Shown piece by piece: positions 1-16,000 of a DNA stretch of 64,000 nucleotides. The notes beneath the pieces are model-generated. The model saw only the letters and a list, made by a program, of their open reading frames with translations, ran no database searches and had not been told where the DNA came from. Numbering within the stretch: the first letter of the stretch is position 1; each line of letters starts with the position of its first letter. The DNA is from Tubiluchus corallicola (taxonomy: Eukaryota; Animalia; Priapulida). The stretch spans positions 496,001 to 560,000 of the forward strand of contig JAQGDQ010000008.1 in NCBI GenBank assembly GCA_030141605.1. The letters run 5' to 3'. A program made the translations under genes and the position numbers.

Positions 1-1078
1 TAAGCATGAATTCCTGCCTATGTCCATTACTAAGAACGTAGAAAAAATGAATATACAGCACCATCGCATATACTGTAAATGGTACTGAAGGAAACCTGAT
101 GATTATCTGTATTCGTCGCATGTCATGTTTGTGCAGGAACATTCTCTTACGAAGCAGAGATCCATTAGCAAAGTTCTCCTTCACGTTTTTTTTTGATAAA
201 ATTGCTTGTAAGTATACGGATCAATGTTGTTCACAGCAACACCTATTTATTCAGTACAGTAATAATAATATTTCTCAAGTTGATGACTATATCTTGTTCA
301 AATTACGAGGCACTGTGTGCACTTAAAGAATTTGGCTAGGAAATTGCATTCTGTAATACAGTAATTCATAACGTGATTGTTACCAGCACGGCAAAATTGA
401 GACCTTGTATTTCGGGATGTGTGTGGGATGATATTCTTGTCCAAGCTGTGAAGTTCGTAACATTTTTCAGACAAGAAGATATTCGCATGAGTGTAAATAT
501 GAATTCATCAGGTCTCCTTCAACACCATTTGCATTGCATTGGTGATGCAGATACATTTTTTCTGTTGCTTAACGGTAATGGATAAAGTGAGGAATGCTTT
601 TGATACTGGGAGCCTTGAAGAGTTTTATATTAGATCGTTAAAGTTCTCTCTTAGCGCTATGCTTATGAAAAAGGACTACAGATATCAACCAAAGCCTGCC
701 ATTTTTTAAGTTATGCAATAGTCTGTAAACATGAGTAACACTGAATTGAACGCTACCTCAACTCATTATTTTGTTAACATGGATTTACTTCCAGAAAGCA
801 TTCAAATTTTAATATAATTTAATTAATTGTCAATTTAAGTTGGTGGTGTACTTGTTTTGCCTTTTCCGTTATGACATAGTGCTCAGAGGTTGCAGGATTA
901 CAATTTTGTGCTGTGCGTGTGTGAGTGCAGGGCTTTTCAAATGATTAATAACAAAAGAACGAATACCATTGAAGTGCATAATTATTCTAAAATTGAGCAC
1001 GTAATTTAGAGTTGAATCAATAAAAAGGCTCCTTGGAATCAGTAACTGTGTTGATAATGACACTATTTACTTTTTCAG

Positions 1079-4000
1079 GTGGCAAGAGAGAGCGTACTAC
1101 GTCTTAATCCTAATGCAAAGATAACTGCTTACCATGAAAGCATATTTGAGTATGTCATTAGCTGTTTTGCAGTTTTGAGCATTAATAATGCTTTTTAGAA
1201 AGCACTCAGTGATACTCGAGTCATAAATCAAACAGTTCATGATCCTTATTGCTTACACTTGTGCATTAGTTTTAACTAAAAATTGAGGAATAACTAAGTG
1301 TCAACAGTGAAAGTTTTCTTTCTTGCATGCACTGTTCATTTTTTTCTGATCTGTTGTGTTATTTCTTCCTTCTTCTTTTTTTCTTTTCTTGATTTTTAAG
1401 AGAAAATTCTAGCGTGGATTGCATAGATTTCTTTTGCTAAAACTTCTTTGTAACGCATTAGCATTGCCATGTTGTGTGCGTGCAAACCAAAACCATCCAT
1501 GAGTCGGCATAGTTAAAAGTAGTTTATGGTGCTTCAAAGTACTATGCACCAAAAATTTGGTGTAATGTCAATTTTTTGTTTTTTTATAAAAACAAATGCT
1601 AAATATATTAGTTTTTTATATTTTAGCATCAAATTATGAAGAAAATATTTAAAAAAATACTAAAAATATAATTTTATAACCTTATACTCACTTTTCTAGC
1701 CACACACTAGTACTACTATTGTCAAAAACTTGTATGGTATCGGCTTGGTATCAAAAAGATCCTCATGAAATGGAGATTCAGGATATGTGAATAACTAGAA
1801 AAACTTCATTGCCGATTTATGGACGATTTTGCTATGTGAACTGTGCTCTGTAATCTTTGCAAAAAAAATTCTGATTCAGCATCAATATTTTTAAAAGCTT
1901 CACGGAAATGTACTGTGCTGTTTAACACTAGCCATGCTCAGATAGGAATATTTCCAGTATCATTTTCCAAATGTGTAAATGCAAATGAGCTGAATGTAGC
2001 ATTAATTAACCTGCCAATGTAACAAGAAAAATGTTCTCAAGGGAATTTCATTTCTATGTGGGAAAGTGCCAGACCAGTAGCAATGAATCACCACTGTCTA
2101 TGTCTAACTGCTTAGTAGCTGCTTGGTAGTATTGCAAATTAGTTACCATGATTTTTGTTAATAGTGGCTCTTCATAAAGGGCAAGCACAGCAAACGAAAT
2201 TTCCGAACTTTAAATAGGCATTAAACTTGTCATTAAAATGAAGTGTACCTTAAGAGAAAAAGATGTCAAAAGTTCAACGTTGTTAAAACAAAACGTCGTT
2301 AAACGAGGCATCGTTAGGGATTCTTATATTTTCTACCAAAGACTTAAAGAATCGTACTACAGTTGGAGCGGATAACAATAACAGCCAGCAAAGCCCAACA
2401 GAGCACAAAATTCAAATTATGTCAAAATCTTTTTCTATAACATGACAGCAGCTGTTAGATGTACTTACAGTTTATCATTAATGTGCGAACATCCCTTATA
2501 GTGTCTTGTTTATGCAGTTAAAACAACATATGATTCTAAAACAAGTTAACAACAGTTCGTGGCCCTAGTATAGCAGCCTATACAGTGCTGAACTCTTAAT
2601 AAAGTCTCGAATAATAAGAACCTACTGTATTGTGGAAATATTTAGTTACTGTGCGGAATACTTTTCATAAAAACTATAGTTCAAAAAACCATATTAAAAG
2701 CCAGTCCTGCTGTTTAGTAATATCATATTGTTTTAATAATAAGAAATAAAGTCAGTAAAAATCTACATAAGTTACTTAGATTTAATATTACTTTTCTATT
2801 ATTTTTCAGAAAACATTTTGACTGTGATTTCTACAAAAGATTTACTTTAGTTCTCAATGCTTTGGACAACAGAAGTATGTGCAATTATTATTTCATGGCT
2901 TTCTTTTTGTCTCTAATTGCTAAGATGTCCCTGAGTCTGCTGTGTGTTAACCAAGCAGTATTTATTTCTTTAATATAGCATTAAATTTTATAGCAAGAGC
3001 TGAATGTTATTGTATTGAAGGTTTTATTATATTGAGTGTTTCAAAGTCACTATACACTTTACAATTGTTTAGCAATCACAGCAAAACATTTGAAAAGGTC
3101 AATTCAAACTTTTTAAGATTTTTTTTATCAAAATTTGATGAAAATCCGAAAAGAACTACCTCGCTAGTGTTAACTTCGGCAAGCATTTCAAGTGAAATGT
3201 TTGCACAATAATCTCTAATATATAAGTACTTATCTCTAATTCAAAAATTCTCTTTGTCTTGGTGTTTAAACTTTGTTCCTGATGCAACACCATAAAAAGA
3301 TCATAGATCGTAAAAGGGTATCAGTCCATTGATTGTGACTTCTTGGTTGAGCAAGTTTCCCACAGCTCGATGGATCTTATTGAAAACCTGTGTTGTAATA
3401 CTGACCGCAGCTGCTATCTATGAGTAGGCTTAATCATGGAGAATATCTATGTATGGTGACTTTCGAGATAATTGCGATTATTGTCTGTTCTTCTTGTCCT
3501 GTTTAGATATTAATGTCTCATTTCGTTTCATTGATGTTTTGTTGTTTTGTTGTTTCATCACTGTAATTGTTGAGTTTAGAGTTTTGAACATGAATATAAG
3601 ACAACAACAACAATGTAATAGCAGGAAATGCCAGCTAATTTAAATTAAATAATCTGTGTGTTGCACTTTTATGATCGTGTGGCATTTGATTTATTGTGTT
3701 TCTTACTGCATTCAAACTGAATATTCCATTCCATTTCTTTTTTTAGCTGCTAGAAATCATGTGAATCGGATGTGTCTGAATGCTGATGTACCACTTGTCG
3801 AAAGTGGCAGTGCTGGATATCTTGGCCAAGTTACAGTTATTAAACGAGTAAGTATCTTAATTGTGTCCCACACAATAATATTAATATATTATTGTTGTAT
3901 TTTAAAGTTTTTAGGACAGTTTTTATTGGAAGTATTTCAATGTAGTTACTGAGCAACATAAAATTGAAACTTTCGTGTTAAATTCGTAAATCGCCTTAGT

Positions 4001-7000
4001 TCTTGAAAGTAAAGAAATTATTAATTATCAGAAAGAAAACTTTGCAGAATCTGTCCAAACATATGATAAATGAATAAATAAATAAATACATAAATAAATA
4101 ATGGGTTTTATTAAAATGTCTCATCATAGCAGCAAAAACTGAATACAAGGTGTGAATACATTAAAAATATGAAAATAGTCAAAAGACACTTAAACAATAT
4201 TACATAAACTTATATAAGAGACTTTACTTACAAGAAAAAAATCTGAGAGAAATGACATCACAAAGTTAGTAAAGCAGTTTAAGACCAATTGTGACAGTAT
4301 ATCTATTATTACAATTTAGAAATAAGTTGCTGGTTACTATTTATGGTTCTAGTCACAACAGGCATTGGTGAACGTTTTGTAATAGCGCGTTCTGATATAG
4401 AGACTTGTTGCGCAACTTCTCTTTGAGACAAGTTGTCAAACCATTCACATGTTGCAATTTTACTCTCAGAGACATAACAAGGTGCGAGAGAAGTATCTAT
4501 GTCTGAACACACTATAACCTTCTGTTCGAATTTTAGGCATGACTAATTTATTAGAATTACGAATAGTATGATTAGTCACGTAAAGCTGTGAAGAAGGAAG
4601 TAAGTGTCCGTGGTACTTACAAGTAATTTTCGCCTCCGATTTTCCAGATTAATTGGGTTTATATAAAGCATCATCATAAATTCCTTTACGATTTTTTTAG
4701 TATTGGCAATTTGAGTTCGTTTATAGACGAACATAAATTATATGTGACACTAACTAGGTCTGATCTGATGTAGAAGCTCCTATCTTTTTAGTATAGAAAC
4801 CATGAAAATTCATTTGCCTGCTTTAGCAGTAATATTTTTGATTTGCAGATCCCACTTAAGTAACGTTGCAGTACGAAAATCAAAATATATGACATTACAC
4901 TTTTTAACATTAAAGGTCCACTGACACCCTGGTAGACACTTGCTGTCAAAATTCACTATTGACTAGCCTGATACAAAAAAGCGGCTTTATTTTTTATAAA
5001 CTTGCGCATTTCAGTTTGGTTAGCATTGAAACCCTTCAAATTTAGCGCCGCACAGACATCTTGCGAAAAACAAAAAACCCGGGAAGAAAGCGGAAGTGAC
5101 ATCACGTTGGGAACAACATTGCGCATGTGTGACTTTCACTGTATTTACATGTGGACAAAATCAAGCGATACGCTGGTAATGAAGAGACTGGGGTACTCGC
5201 ATTTTGGTATTTTAATATTAAGCTCAAATAATAGGTTTATCCACACTTACTTGAACGCACTATATTTTATAAATGAAAAAACTAGGTACAATGTGTAAAA
5301 GTTTTAGAGTGACATCACTGGTATTTCGCGCTGCGCTGCTTTCTTGTTCATTTTCTGATCACTTCTGTTTTAAATGTCTCGCGGCCAGGGTATCTTTTGC
5401 CCAACGTCCCGTTCAGACAGTGCTTCTGACAAACAGTGATCGTTTTTATGTTTTCCAGCATAAAATTGTAAAAGTAGCAGCGGATTCTTAGGTACAATCG
5501 AAGAGAAAAGAACTAGACAATAAGGCAGTACTGACAGGTGATTTTGTTCCCTGATCTTTACCGATGTTTTGAGCCTGTGCAGACCAGGTACACTGTCTGG
5601 TTTAATGTGATTTTCAAAAATAAAAGAAAACGAAAACTAAGAAGAAATGCCTTACAGACAACATTTTAACTCATTAAAATAGCACTTCCTACTTTTTTAG
5701 ACACTTGGAAAAACCTTTGCGGCATTTTTTCAAACGCACAAATGAGGTTTCAGAGAAAAAGCTTTAAATATTTAAGAAAAAAATATTCTCATAGTCTACA
5801 GTTTGACTGCTGATTGACGTGCATATAAGTTTGATGCAGTCGAGCACCTTCATTCTACGTAACTGCCCAAGCTTCATTTTTCACCATGCCTAGCAGGATA
5901 AATGGGCATTTCTTTCTGTGGCAAAAGTAAAGAATGTCCTATCCTGACTGCGGTCACGTTTTATGTTGGAGTAACGTGTAAAAAATCAGGAGGTATATTT
6001 CAAAATGTGAAAAAAGGGAGGTTGTTATTAAAATCGGGAATTTCCGTTAAACTGGTAGGGTTGAAATATCTTACTGCTAAGCTTGACTAAACATATTTTT
6101 TATGAAATTTAGTTACAAAGGTTAATTATTATCTTACTTACTGTGCTTCTAACCCGAAATAGTGGCTAGCAGCTTACTTGCAGCTTGATCTAATTTGCAG
6201 GAGTACTCGGCAGACCTACTGTTCATACAGCCTACACACAGTTTGAATAATAGTACAGTAACATCATAGTGCTCTTCATACTGTTGATGCAGCCTGCACA
6301 CAGTTTGAATAATAGTACAGTAACATCATAGTGTTCTGCATACTGTGTTTGTTACTATAAATTTGCTGTTCCTTGCAAGTTTGTAAAATAAAAACTGATC
6401 TGATTCTTATAAGTTTATTTGCTATAAATAGATAAATACTGTAGTAAAAAAACATTTTTATTAATAGATAAATCATTACTTAACAATAACTGTTCTGTTT
6501 GGGGTTCACAGTGCTCTGCTTGCTGAAGCAATTGGCTGTCCTACTGTACTGCGGTTGTTAATTGCCGCTTCCTAACATGACGTCACTCTGAGTGTCATGG
6601 CGGGTGATAATATTTGTGACAGTACCAACAGCGCTTAATTTAAGTTACCATGTCACATAAAACCATGCATCAAAATTGTTTTAGAAATCAGGAAATATGT
6701 AATTCCGCCTACACTTCGAAAGAAAATTACATAAAAAAATTGTGTCATAGGACCTTTAATAATCATATGACTGGCATCTGACCAACTGATTAATTCTATT
6801 ATCTTGTAAATTTATAACCCTCTTATAACCCTCAAATATGATGCCAATTTTAATGTTTTCAATCTTTTTATAATTTTTTACTAAGTTTTTACATCTGTGT
6901 TTAACGAATTCACAACTACATGTAGCACTTTTTAAGAAAATGCAAAATCATTTTATGCAGCTTTGAAGCTTTTTTGCATTCGTTGTAATTTTGTATTTAT

Positions 7001-10000
7001 CTATTCTTATTATTGCAGATTCCACTGTTTTGTATTTTATTTCACTTGTGTGTGTTTTTTAAACTTTGTTGACTTTGTTCTGTAGGGGTTGACTGAGTGC
7101 TATGAATGCCAACCGAAGCCAACACAAAAGACATACCCTGGCTGCACAATCAGAAATACTCCTTCGGAGCCGATCCATTGCATAGTATGGGCAAAACACT
7201 TGTTCAAGTGCGTATTTGCCGCTAGTCAGACGATGTTTCTTGTTTCGTTCATGTTTTAGTGAAAATCACTTTGATATGTAGATATTATAAAATGCAGATG
7301 CTGGATATAAGTCTATTCATAAACATATGTTGTATTATTAGCAAAATTATGAAAAGAAACTTATTATTTACGAAATACCTAATGCATTTCGCTCATCTCA
7401 TTGGCACATTTTCAAGGGTAAGTCATAAATCATATTCTATGCCACCAAAAAGCTCATAACGTGGCAAAACATTCGCAAAAATATGAATGATGGAAAGGAA
7501 TACTATCGGGTTACAATCGGTTTACCTAAAGCACCTTTTCATAAAGAATGGAGGATATTGCATTTCCATATGTGTGCAGGCTTTGGGTTTTTTTTGTTTA
7601 TGTATAAACTTCCAGTAACCACCAACATGTGTATGGAACCTGTTAACTTCTGGTTCTGTGCAGAGAAACCAGATAGATAGCCTTGCAGTCTCCATCTCTA
7701 AACACAGCTTTTGGTGTAGAGTTTCATAACTCATTTTCTCACATTCGCATGCTGCGTGTGATGCATTTGCAGAGGAAAATCGGCACCTTCGATTATGAAT
7801 TACTTAGTGATTTATTTTTATGCATTCCTATACATTGCAGTTAAACCGTTGCAAATACAGTAAACAAGGCCTATTGGGGAGGAAGATAGTATCAAAATAT
7901 TTGAATTGGAATTGTCAATGATTTAACTGTGTTTTTCTTTTTTCCTTGGTCAGTCAATTATTTGGAGAAGATGACCCCGACCAGGATGTGTCCCCCGATA
8001 CTGCCGATCCTGAAGCAACAGGTAAGTGGGTAGGGTAGCTTCCTGTCCAAGCTTGTAAACATTCATTCAGATTGCACAGTTTACTTTTTGCGTAATATTT
8101 TTCGTTTTTCCTAATAATTTCTTAGGTAGTAATTTTACATTATTATATTATTTATACAGGCAAACAGTTTCCACTCCTTTGACTTTTTTCTGACGACATG
8201 ACATGTCATGCTTACAATGTAAACTGTGTCGCATCAGTATTTTAAAGTGCCATTTGTGTCACTGCGTACAACAAGCTAGATTACATAAGGCATCGTAGCT
8301 GCTGTAGCTAATTTGTGCTTACTAGTGTTTTAACTCCTTTTAAAGGCTTTTTGTCAGTTATTCATTTATAAAGGAAGTTAAGTGAATTGTAATTATGATT
8401 ATGCAACCAGGGAGCTATTTAATTTGCTAGAATGGTTACAAGCCTAAAAAATAGTTGCTTGGATAACTTTTGTGCAACTATTTTTAAACTCGACCTGTGT
8501 TTGTTTGGCATAGCTGACGCAGGACAGCATGCTTTAAGAACGGAAGTTGATGAAAATGATGACAACTCAGTTGGTGGGATAAAACGAGTCTCAACACGGG
8601 AGTGGGCGAGAAACTGTGACTGGAACCCTAAAAAACTTTTTGATAAGGTAAAAATTAAAATAGCCTCATTAACAAAAATGGTCATCATAAATATGTCATT
8701 AAATTCAAATCGTGTTTTTTGGTGTCACCGAATTTGTACTATTTGCCGTCAGTAACTATATAATTAATTGGCGTATATGGCTTGTGCATGTTATGTAGAA
8801 GTACATGAAGCACCTGATTATTGCACTAACTGATGCATATCAGTGTTCTGATGGTGTAGCCATTTTGATGACTATACATTATGTTTTGGAGAGTAAAACT
8901 ACCATATGCTTCCTCAGCTTCAGCATTTCTTTACTGGTGATGGCATTGGCTTTACTGGTGATGGCGTTACAACTTAACCCTAACTGTGTAGGAGCATCAT
9001 ACCATGAGGCAGTCGTTCTATTACAAAGTTTGCTTCATTTACTAGCAGAAAGGATTCTGCTAACATTCATTATTCAGCATGTAAATGTTAATATGACATT
9101 ACACATACAATATAAAACTTAGAAAAACCTTTAAATATGTAGTTAAAATTACTTTTTTCGTAGTTTTTTCACGATGATATCAAGTATTTATTGTCAATGG
9201 ATCGTCTTTGGCAAACACGACGACCGCCTACGCCATTAGATTGGAACGATTTACCAGATGCGGGTAGGTTGCTAACTTGCTATGCACTTATTTTACGATT
9301 GATTTACATAAAAGTCATTTTATTACTTATAGGTATCATCGATTGCTACATAAAAATGCTAAATTTTTGTCACGCACTAGTTGAAGGAAATCAGTTCATG
9401 CTTTTAATAAGCTTTTGATTATTGTGACTTTCACTGCTTTTTAAGCTGTGTGATACTCACTTAGTAAACCTATCTGCAAATACTAAAATAACTGAAATTC
9501 AATATTCTTATCGCAAGTCATTTCCTATTGTATTCTTTTTAATTTTCTGCACATTTCTTGTGCTTCAACTTTCCTTTTTTACGTGTTGTTCCATATTCTG
9601 TAAGCCATAATTTAGCTCCTATCAGCAGCCTGTTACCTAAATTTAGCACTCTCAAGATCCATCACTAACATAGATAGTTGTGGCAGGACCACATGGCTTA
9701 TTACCAATGATAATCCTTTCTCTAAGAAGAGATACTAAATTGGCAAAAGTGTCTTAACCAAGTTTGGATGCATGTACATCCTCCTTCAGTCAGAGAAGTA
9801 TTTAGGATATTTTGCCAGGTGAAACTGTCCAGGTATAAGTTTGCTATAGGTCATCATCTATTTGTAGAACTTCATGTTCACTTTGCACTGTTTCCAGTTC
9901 CAGGTTCAAGCACCTCTTCTACACATGGTCTGATCAGTGATCAAGTCATGTGGAGTATGCAACAATGTGGAGAGGTGTTCCAATCTTCTGTCAACATTCT

Positions 10001-13000
10001 GAAGGAAAATCTCAAGGAGAAAAGTTCCCAAGATGATCAGCACAGCTACCTTATCTGGGACAAGGTTATCTATATTTTACTAATTTCCTGTACCCCTTTT
10101 AAAATTTATTGGCTTACTATTATTATGCTAGTATAACATTTGAATGCTAAAACTGTAGAAGCAACTAATCATGTGAGTTGTATAGCATCAGCCTTTGCAC
10201 TCAGAATTATGGGGTTATGGTCTAGCAGAAACCATAAGTTTTGAAACTTAATGCCTGCCCAGAATTTGTTAGGTATGCCTATCAAATTTATGTTTCTATT
10301 TCCACTAATTAAAATACCTGGCAAGTGTGATAACAAAGCCACTATTTTACAGGATGATGATCCATCGCTGGATTTTGTAACGGCAGCTTCAAACTTCCGT
10401 TGCCATATTTTTGGTATACAGCAAAAAACTCGCTTTGACATAAAGTGTAAGTATCTCATTTTAGATTTTTTTAGTTAGCCATTTCTTAATGATGTTTATG
10501 ACATATATTGAAAAATAAAATGTACGTGTAAATTGTGATGTCATAAGATTGATTTAATGTGCTTTTATTTTCTAGCTATGGCAGGTAACATCATTCCAGC
10601 TATTGCAACTACAAATGCAGTTATAGCAGGACTCATAGTTATGGAAGCCCTGAAAATTTTACAAAAAGATTTTGATAAATGTCGAACGGTGAGTAATGCT
10701 AACCACTTTGCTCGTACAAAGTCCTAATTTAACTACAATGCAAAAGTGCAATGCTTCTGAGAAACTGTCCTAACAACCTGTGGAACGGTGTACATGTCAG
10801 CTGGTTAAATAAATTTTGAAGAGAGAGAGTGATCTTCTTGTGTGGTGTGAGGTACAATTTAACTTTACACTAAATTTCACAAGAAAAGTTGTTGGCTGAA
10901 TGTTGCATTTTGCTATTTTCAGACTTATCTTAACAAAACACCAAATCCCAGGAAGAAGCTTCTGAATCCATGTTTACTGGATAAGCCTAACCCCAAATGC
11001 CCCGTTTGTTCAGAAAAACATGAAGTAAGCTTTTTGTGTGGTTTGTAAGTTATTTGCCTAAACGAGCGTATAAGTAACCACAAGTACTGTTATATAGGTA
11101 AAACATGATTGAATACGTAATCTGTACGAATACATAAAACATGATCTGTTACGTAAAATGGCTGCTTGTAACACATTTTATACAAACTAATTTAACCTCT
11201 CATCACTGTAAATGTTTTACTGTTTCTCTTTTGCTTTTAATAGTTATACCTGTTTTTATCTTTGTCAGTATTTTACATACTGTGTGCTTAGTGACTAACC
11301 TACAATGGACCTGGTTAGTAATTGGCTGCATGACTGCCAGGGAAGTTACTTTTAGCTCTTCCGTACTGCTTCTGACTTTTACCTCGTTTAGGGAGAAAGG
11401 ATAAATTGGATATGCTTAAGAATGTGGCTAGGAACCGCTGCCAATTCAGTATCTCATCATGAAGGCTTTTTTGACCATAATCTTGGTGCTATATTCTAAT
11501 CTCTCCCTTCCCCAACCAAAAACAGAAGGACTAGGACCACCAGCTATTTAGCTGCTGCTATTGAGTACTGCGTACCAGTTTGCCTTATCTGCTTGTGTAA
11601 TTACCTGAACATCGGCAAAGTTGCTTAAACAATGAACTCTGCATATTCCAGGTAACAGTGCAGCTGAACTGCAAGTCGACCACAGTGAAATGTTTTGAAG
11701 AAAAAGTTCTAAAAGGAGCTTTATCTATGACTGCTCCTGACGTAGAAATTGAAGATGGGAAAGGTATTTGCTTATGTTGCCCGTAACAAGTTATGCTTTC
11801 TATGGCTTTGTTCTGGTATAATATAAATATTATAATGTTATATTAATATTATAATATAATTATTATATGTTCTTAAATATGTAAATTTAGCTTTTGAAAG
11901 TTTGTTAGATTTACATTTCAAATTTTGTTTCATAATTGACAATTAATTAGGAACTGGCTATTTTGCTACAGATATTTTTATTACTTCCACCTATAATTGA
12001 CGCTACTAAGTGATAGTGATATATATATATGGATGGATGCATGGATATATATAATTTCCATGGCTACAGCACCAACGACTACAATTCTGTGTATTTTATA
12101 TGTAAAAAAGTGTGGTCCCGTTGCTGATTAACTTTTCAAATCGGAGCCAACTGGGAGGAACATCTGGTGAAAGTGTCCAAAGTGGATGATTTTGTTAGTT
12201 TTTTCAAAAACTAATCCTTGCTTTTTTGGATTGCGTTTTGTGGTGTGTGGTTGCATTCACTTTTGCTCTGATTTCTTCTGATGTGGTTACGTTAGTGCAT
12301 TGTGATTAATATCTCCAAGATCGCCTAGCATCGATCTTTGCGGTGATTACCATGAAATTGTGACAGGATCTTTGTGAACGGTGTAATTCTATAACAAACT
12401 TCTATAAATAAATAATTTAAAGCAGTTTTGGCGGGAAATAGTACCCAGAACCTGATCTAACGAATGAGAAGCACTTTAGAGTTAACTGGAGTGTGTATAT
12501 TTGCAAAAGCATTTTCCGTCTTAATCACGTTGAGTGCATTGTACAGTGGTCAAATCTTCACTATATTCAAAGCCTATAACACGTATAATTAAACCTACTT
12601 GGTAGCAAGGGTGCATTACCTCCACTTGCCTGTCAAGCAGGTATTCCTGTTCGCCTGAGGAAGATTTACAGTGGACTCATCTTGCTGCCTCTTTTGCTTG
12701 TGTTAATAAACATCGCAAATTATTCTTTGGATTCGCTGCAGACGACAGACATGTTTGTTAGTCCATCACAAAGGGCTGTTTTGTCCAATTTGAGTTACTA
12801 TGGGAGCCCTTCTGAAAATTTGAATGCCAGCAATGACAGCTTTTTCCATCTTCCTTATGATTTATGTAGTCCGATTTCTGTACATTAGCAAAATATTAGT
12901 GGCTTGTATGCGAAAACTCAGGAAGTGTTAATCACTCACTAGGATCAATCTCAGATCCTACCAACAATGATCTGCATGTAGCCATGCATAGATTTTCTCA

Positions 13001-16000
13001 TCCGTAAAGGAAAATATCATTTCTATCTCTTAACGCCAGAAGCTTAAAAAACAAGCTGAATGATTTTACAATTTTCCATCGTGGTGTGTGTGTGAGATGT
13101 GGCTCAGTGACTCGGTCTACGATGGAGAAATACTACGCGAGCCATACATAATTATTAGAAAGGAAAGCTAAGACTCATATGGGTGCGTCTTCCTTGCGAT
13201 ACACGGAGACTGGCTACCCCAGTGGAAACAAAGTTTGGAATCTGACTGTGAAATTCTGTGGGCGGGGTAGAGTGTTCTACTAAAATCAGAAAATTGCTTG
13301 TTGGTGTATTTTACAGGCCGTCCTGTAGAGATATGCAATCTTAATTAGCCTATTTGTCGAAGCTGGGACAATCACTCGAGAAAGTTCAGATGTGTAAGAG
13401 TGAGCACAATCATATTATGGTATAGTACTAATGGGAAACTTAAATACACATGCAGATTGGACTGCATTTTCAAGCATTGCAAGCGACGCAGTAGACGAAA
13501 ATATCAATGATTTCTTAGATGAGTTGAATCTCACCCAGCTAGTGACTGAGCCCACGTTTCCTCAGTACTGTGTACCAGGAACAAGATCTAGAACACTGGA
13601 ACTCTTGCATTAGTAACCTTACTGCTGTCTCTAGTTTGAACATCGTAAACAATATAAGCATAATCTAGGATCATTCTGCTGCTTCAAATTTTAGTAGTAA
13701 GTAGCGAAAGGCAATTTCCAAACTAGTTTATATTTATAAAAATGCTGACTTCTGTCGCTTGAATTCATTATTACATTATACGCCATGTGATATTTGTTAT
13801 GTTGATAACACAAATTTTGACCAGTTCTATGATCGATTGATTGATTTGTTAATGCTTGTGGGTGTGAAGCAGTGTTCTCTATAATAGGTGAAAGTATCAC
13901 CCCGGATTTCTAGCGATCTCTCCAAATTATGTACCAAAAAGCGTCAATTCTCCAGATGTGCATCATGCACTAACTATCCAAATGGCATGCTTAGACTTCG
14001 TAGGTTTAGTCGCTCACTTAAAGACAAGATCAACAAGTCAACTGCACAGTATTTAAATGTACTAGCACATAAGTCATAGACTGGCTCTAAGGTGTTTTGG
14101 CAATTCATCAGCCAAAGACGTAGAAGTAGTGTCCGGAAATTCAAATTTGATAAACAACACAGTCATCACTGACCCTGGGTCAATAGCCAAACATTTTAGT
14201 GATTTCTTGCAGAATCCTTTACTAGTGATTCTGATGGTGATCGTAATAGTTTGTGCTTATCTGATTGCCTATTCGCTCACCCGCACATAAGCGATCATAT
14301 ATCTAACATTGTTACATGTTTATTCCACTTTAGTAGCATTAAATATTACTAAATCAGTGGGGCTCGATGGCTTCCCAAATAAAAACGTCAAAGAGAGCGT
14401 GCCTAGCCTAGCTTCACCTCTTTATAGAATGTTTAATGAATTGTTGTCTTCACTTGGATGTCGCCCCTACATATAAAAGGAGTGGGAAAGACTAATTTAT
14501 TTGACAGCTATCAGCCAATTTCTATTACTAGTGCAATAGGTAAGGTAATGGAAAAACTAGTTGTAATTGGTATGACTGACTATCTAAATGCAGCTGGCAT
14601 TATTAGTGATACTCATTTTGGCTTCCTAAAAGGATCAAGCTGTGAAGACCAACTTTCCTTGTTGTACGATCACTGGTGCAAGTCTCTAGATGTTGCTAGT
14701 CCACCTCGTGTCGACACCATCTTTCTGGATTTCCTCAAGGCGTTCAACACAATCTCGCACAAGAAATGCTGGATATGTTAAGATCTGTTGGCATTTGTGG
14801 CAACGTTCATAAATGGATTTCAAGCTTTCTGTATAAAAGACCTCAGCAAGTAAGGCTGTAAGTCTAACTGGGTACCTGTTACTTCCGGCACTCCCCAAGG
14901 GTCTCTTCTTGGCCCACATTTGTTTGTTTTGTATACTAATAGCTTGTCAGAAGTTATTTCTCACGAAAACCATTTATACCAATATGCTGATGACACAGTT
15001 CTATATAAGGTTATTAGGAGCTCTGAGGATGAACTTTCTTTACAGGTAGATCTTCTCAATGTTAACAACTGGTGCAGGGCAGACAAGCTAGCTCTTAATA
15101 CCTCAAAAACCGAGCTCATGATTATTTTTAGAGGCTCTCGCCCTGATGCCATTAACTATACTATTGATGGTAAGGTTATTAAGGAAGTGCAGACTCATAA
15201 ATAACTTGTAGTATATCTGTCAAACAACCTTACCTGGAACCAAAGTCTGCAGTCAAGCAAGACACCTGCTTGTGTTTGTTTCTAGAGCATGAAAGCTTCA
15301 GGCTATTGTACTATTCACTGGTCCGGCCCATACTGGAGTACAGTGCCATTCTTTTCCACCCCACACTGTCTTTTGCATTCATAAACTAGAATCTGTGCAA
15401 CGAAAGGCAACATGCTATATGTACCTCCTAGACCGTAGACCCATGCCTGACTACAGTAATCGCCTGTAAACTCTCAAAATATGAGTTTCAAATGCAAACG
15501 GGACCTATCCTGTCTTGTATTTGGATATAAGGCAATGCACGGTTTCTTCCGTCACGAATTAGATAGCTAGTGGGCATTTTTAAGATCAAAAGTGTATGCG
15601 TGGTCGAATGCTTTTAAACAAAAATAGAATCTGCACGCCTCATTTTATAACAGATTTCCACGCTTATGGAACAAATTACCTGCAGATGCTATTTTAATGG
15701 CATCATCATCTTCTTTCAAACAGGCTGTCTTCCATCATTTTGCTATCTGAAGAGCAGTATTTTAATCATTTGGCTTCGTAAACAACTTATTTATTTTTAG
15801 TGTTTAATGTTATTTCTACATAATTTTTGTATTTTAAGTAATTTGTTTTGAATATTTTATGTAATTTTTACGATGTAATTTTATTTTAGTTCTATGTGCC
15901 TACTACTGGATGGATGACAGGATGTGATCTGTCTGAGAATTTAGTTCCTTGCTGTCATCCATGGCACACAGTGATGGGCACCACATTCGTGTTGACCACG

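Noticed and set aside
99-1063. Short ORFs at the window start
   Set aside because: No recognisable protein. They probably lie in a UBA2 intron, and I could not find the missing upstream UBA2 exons here.
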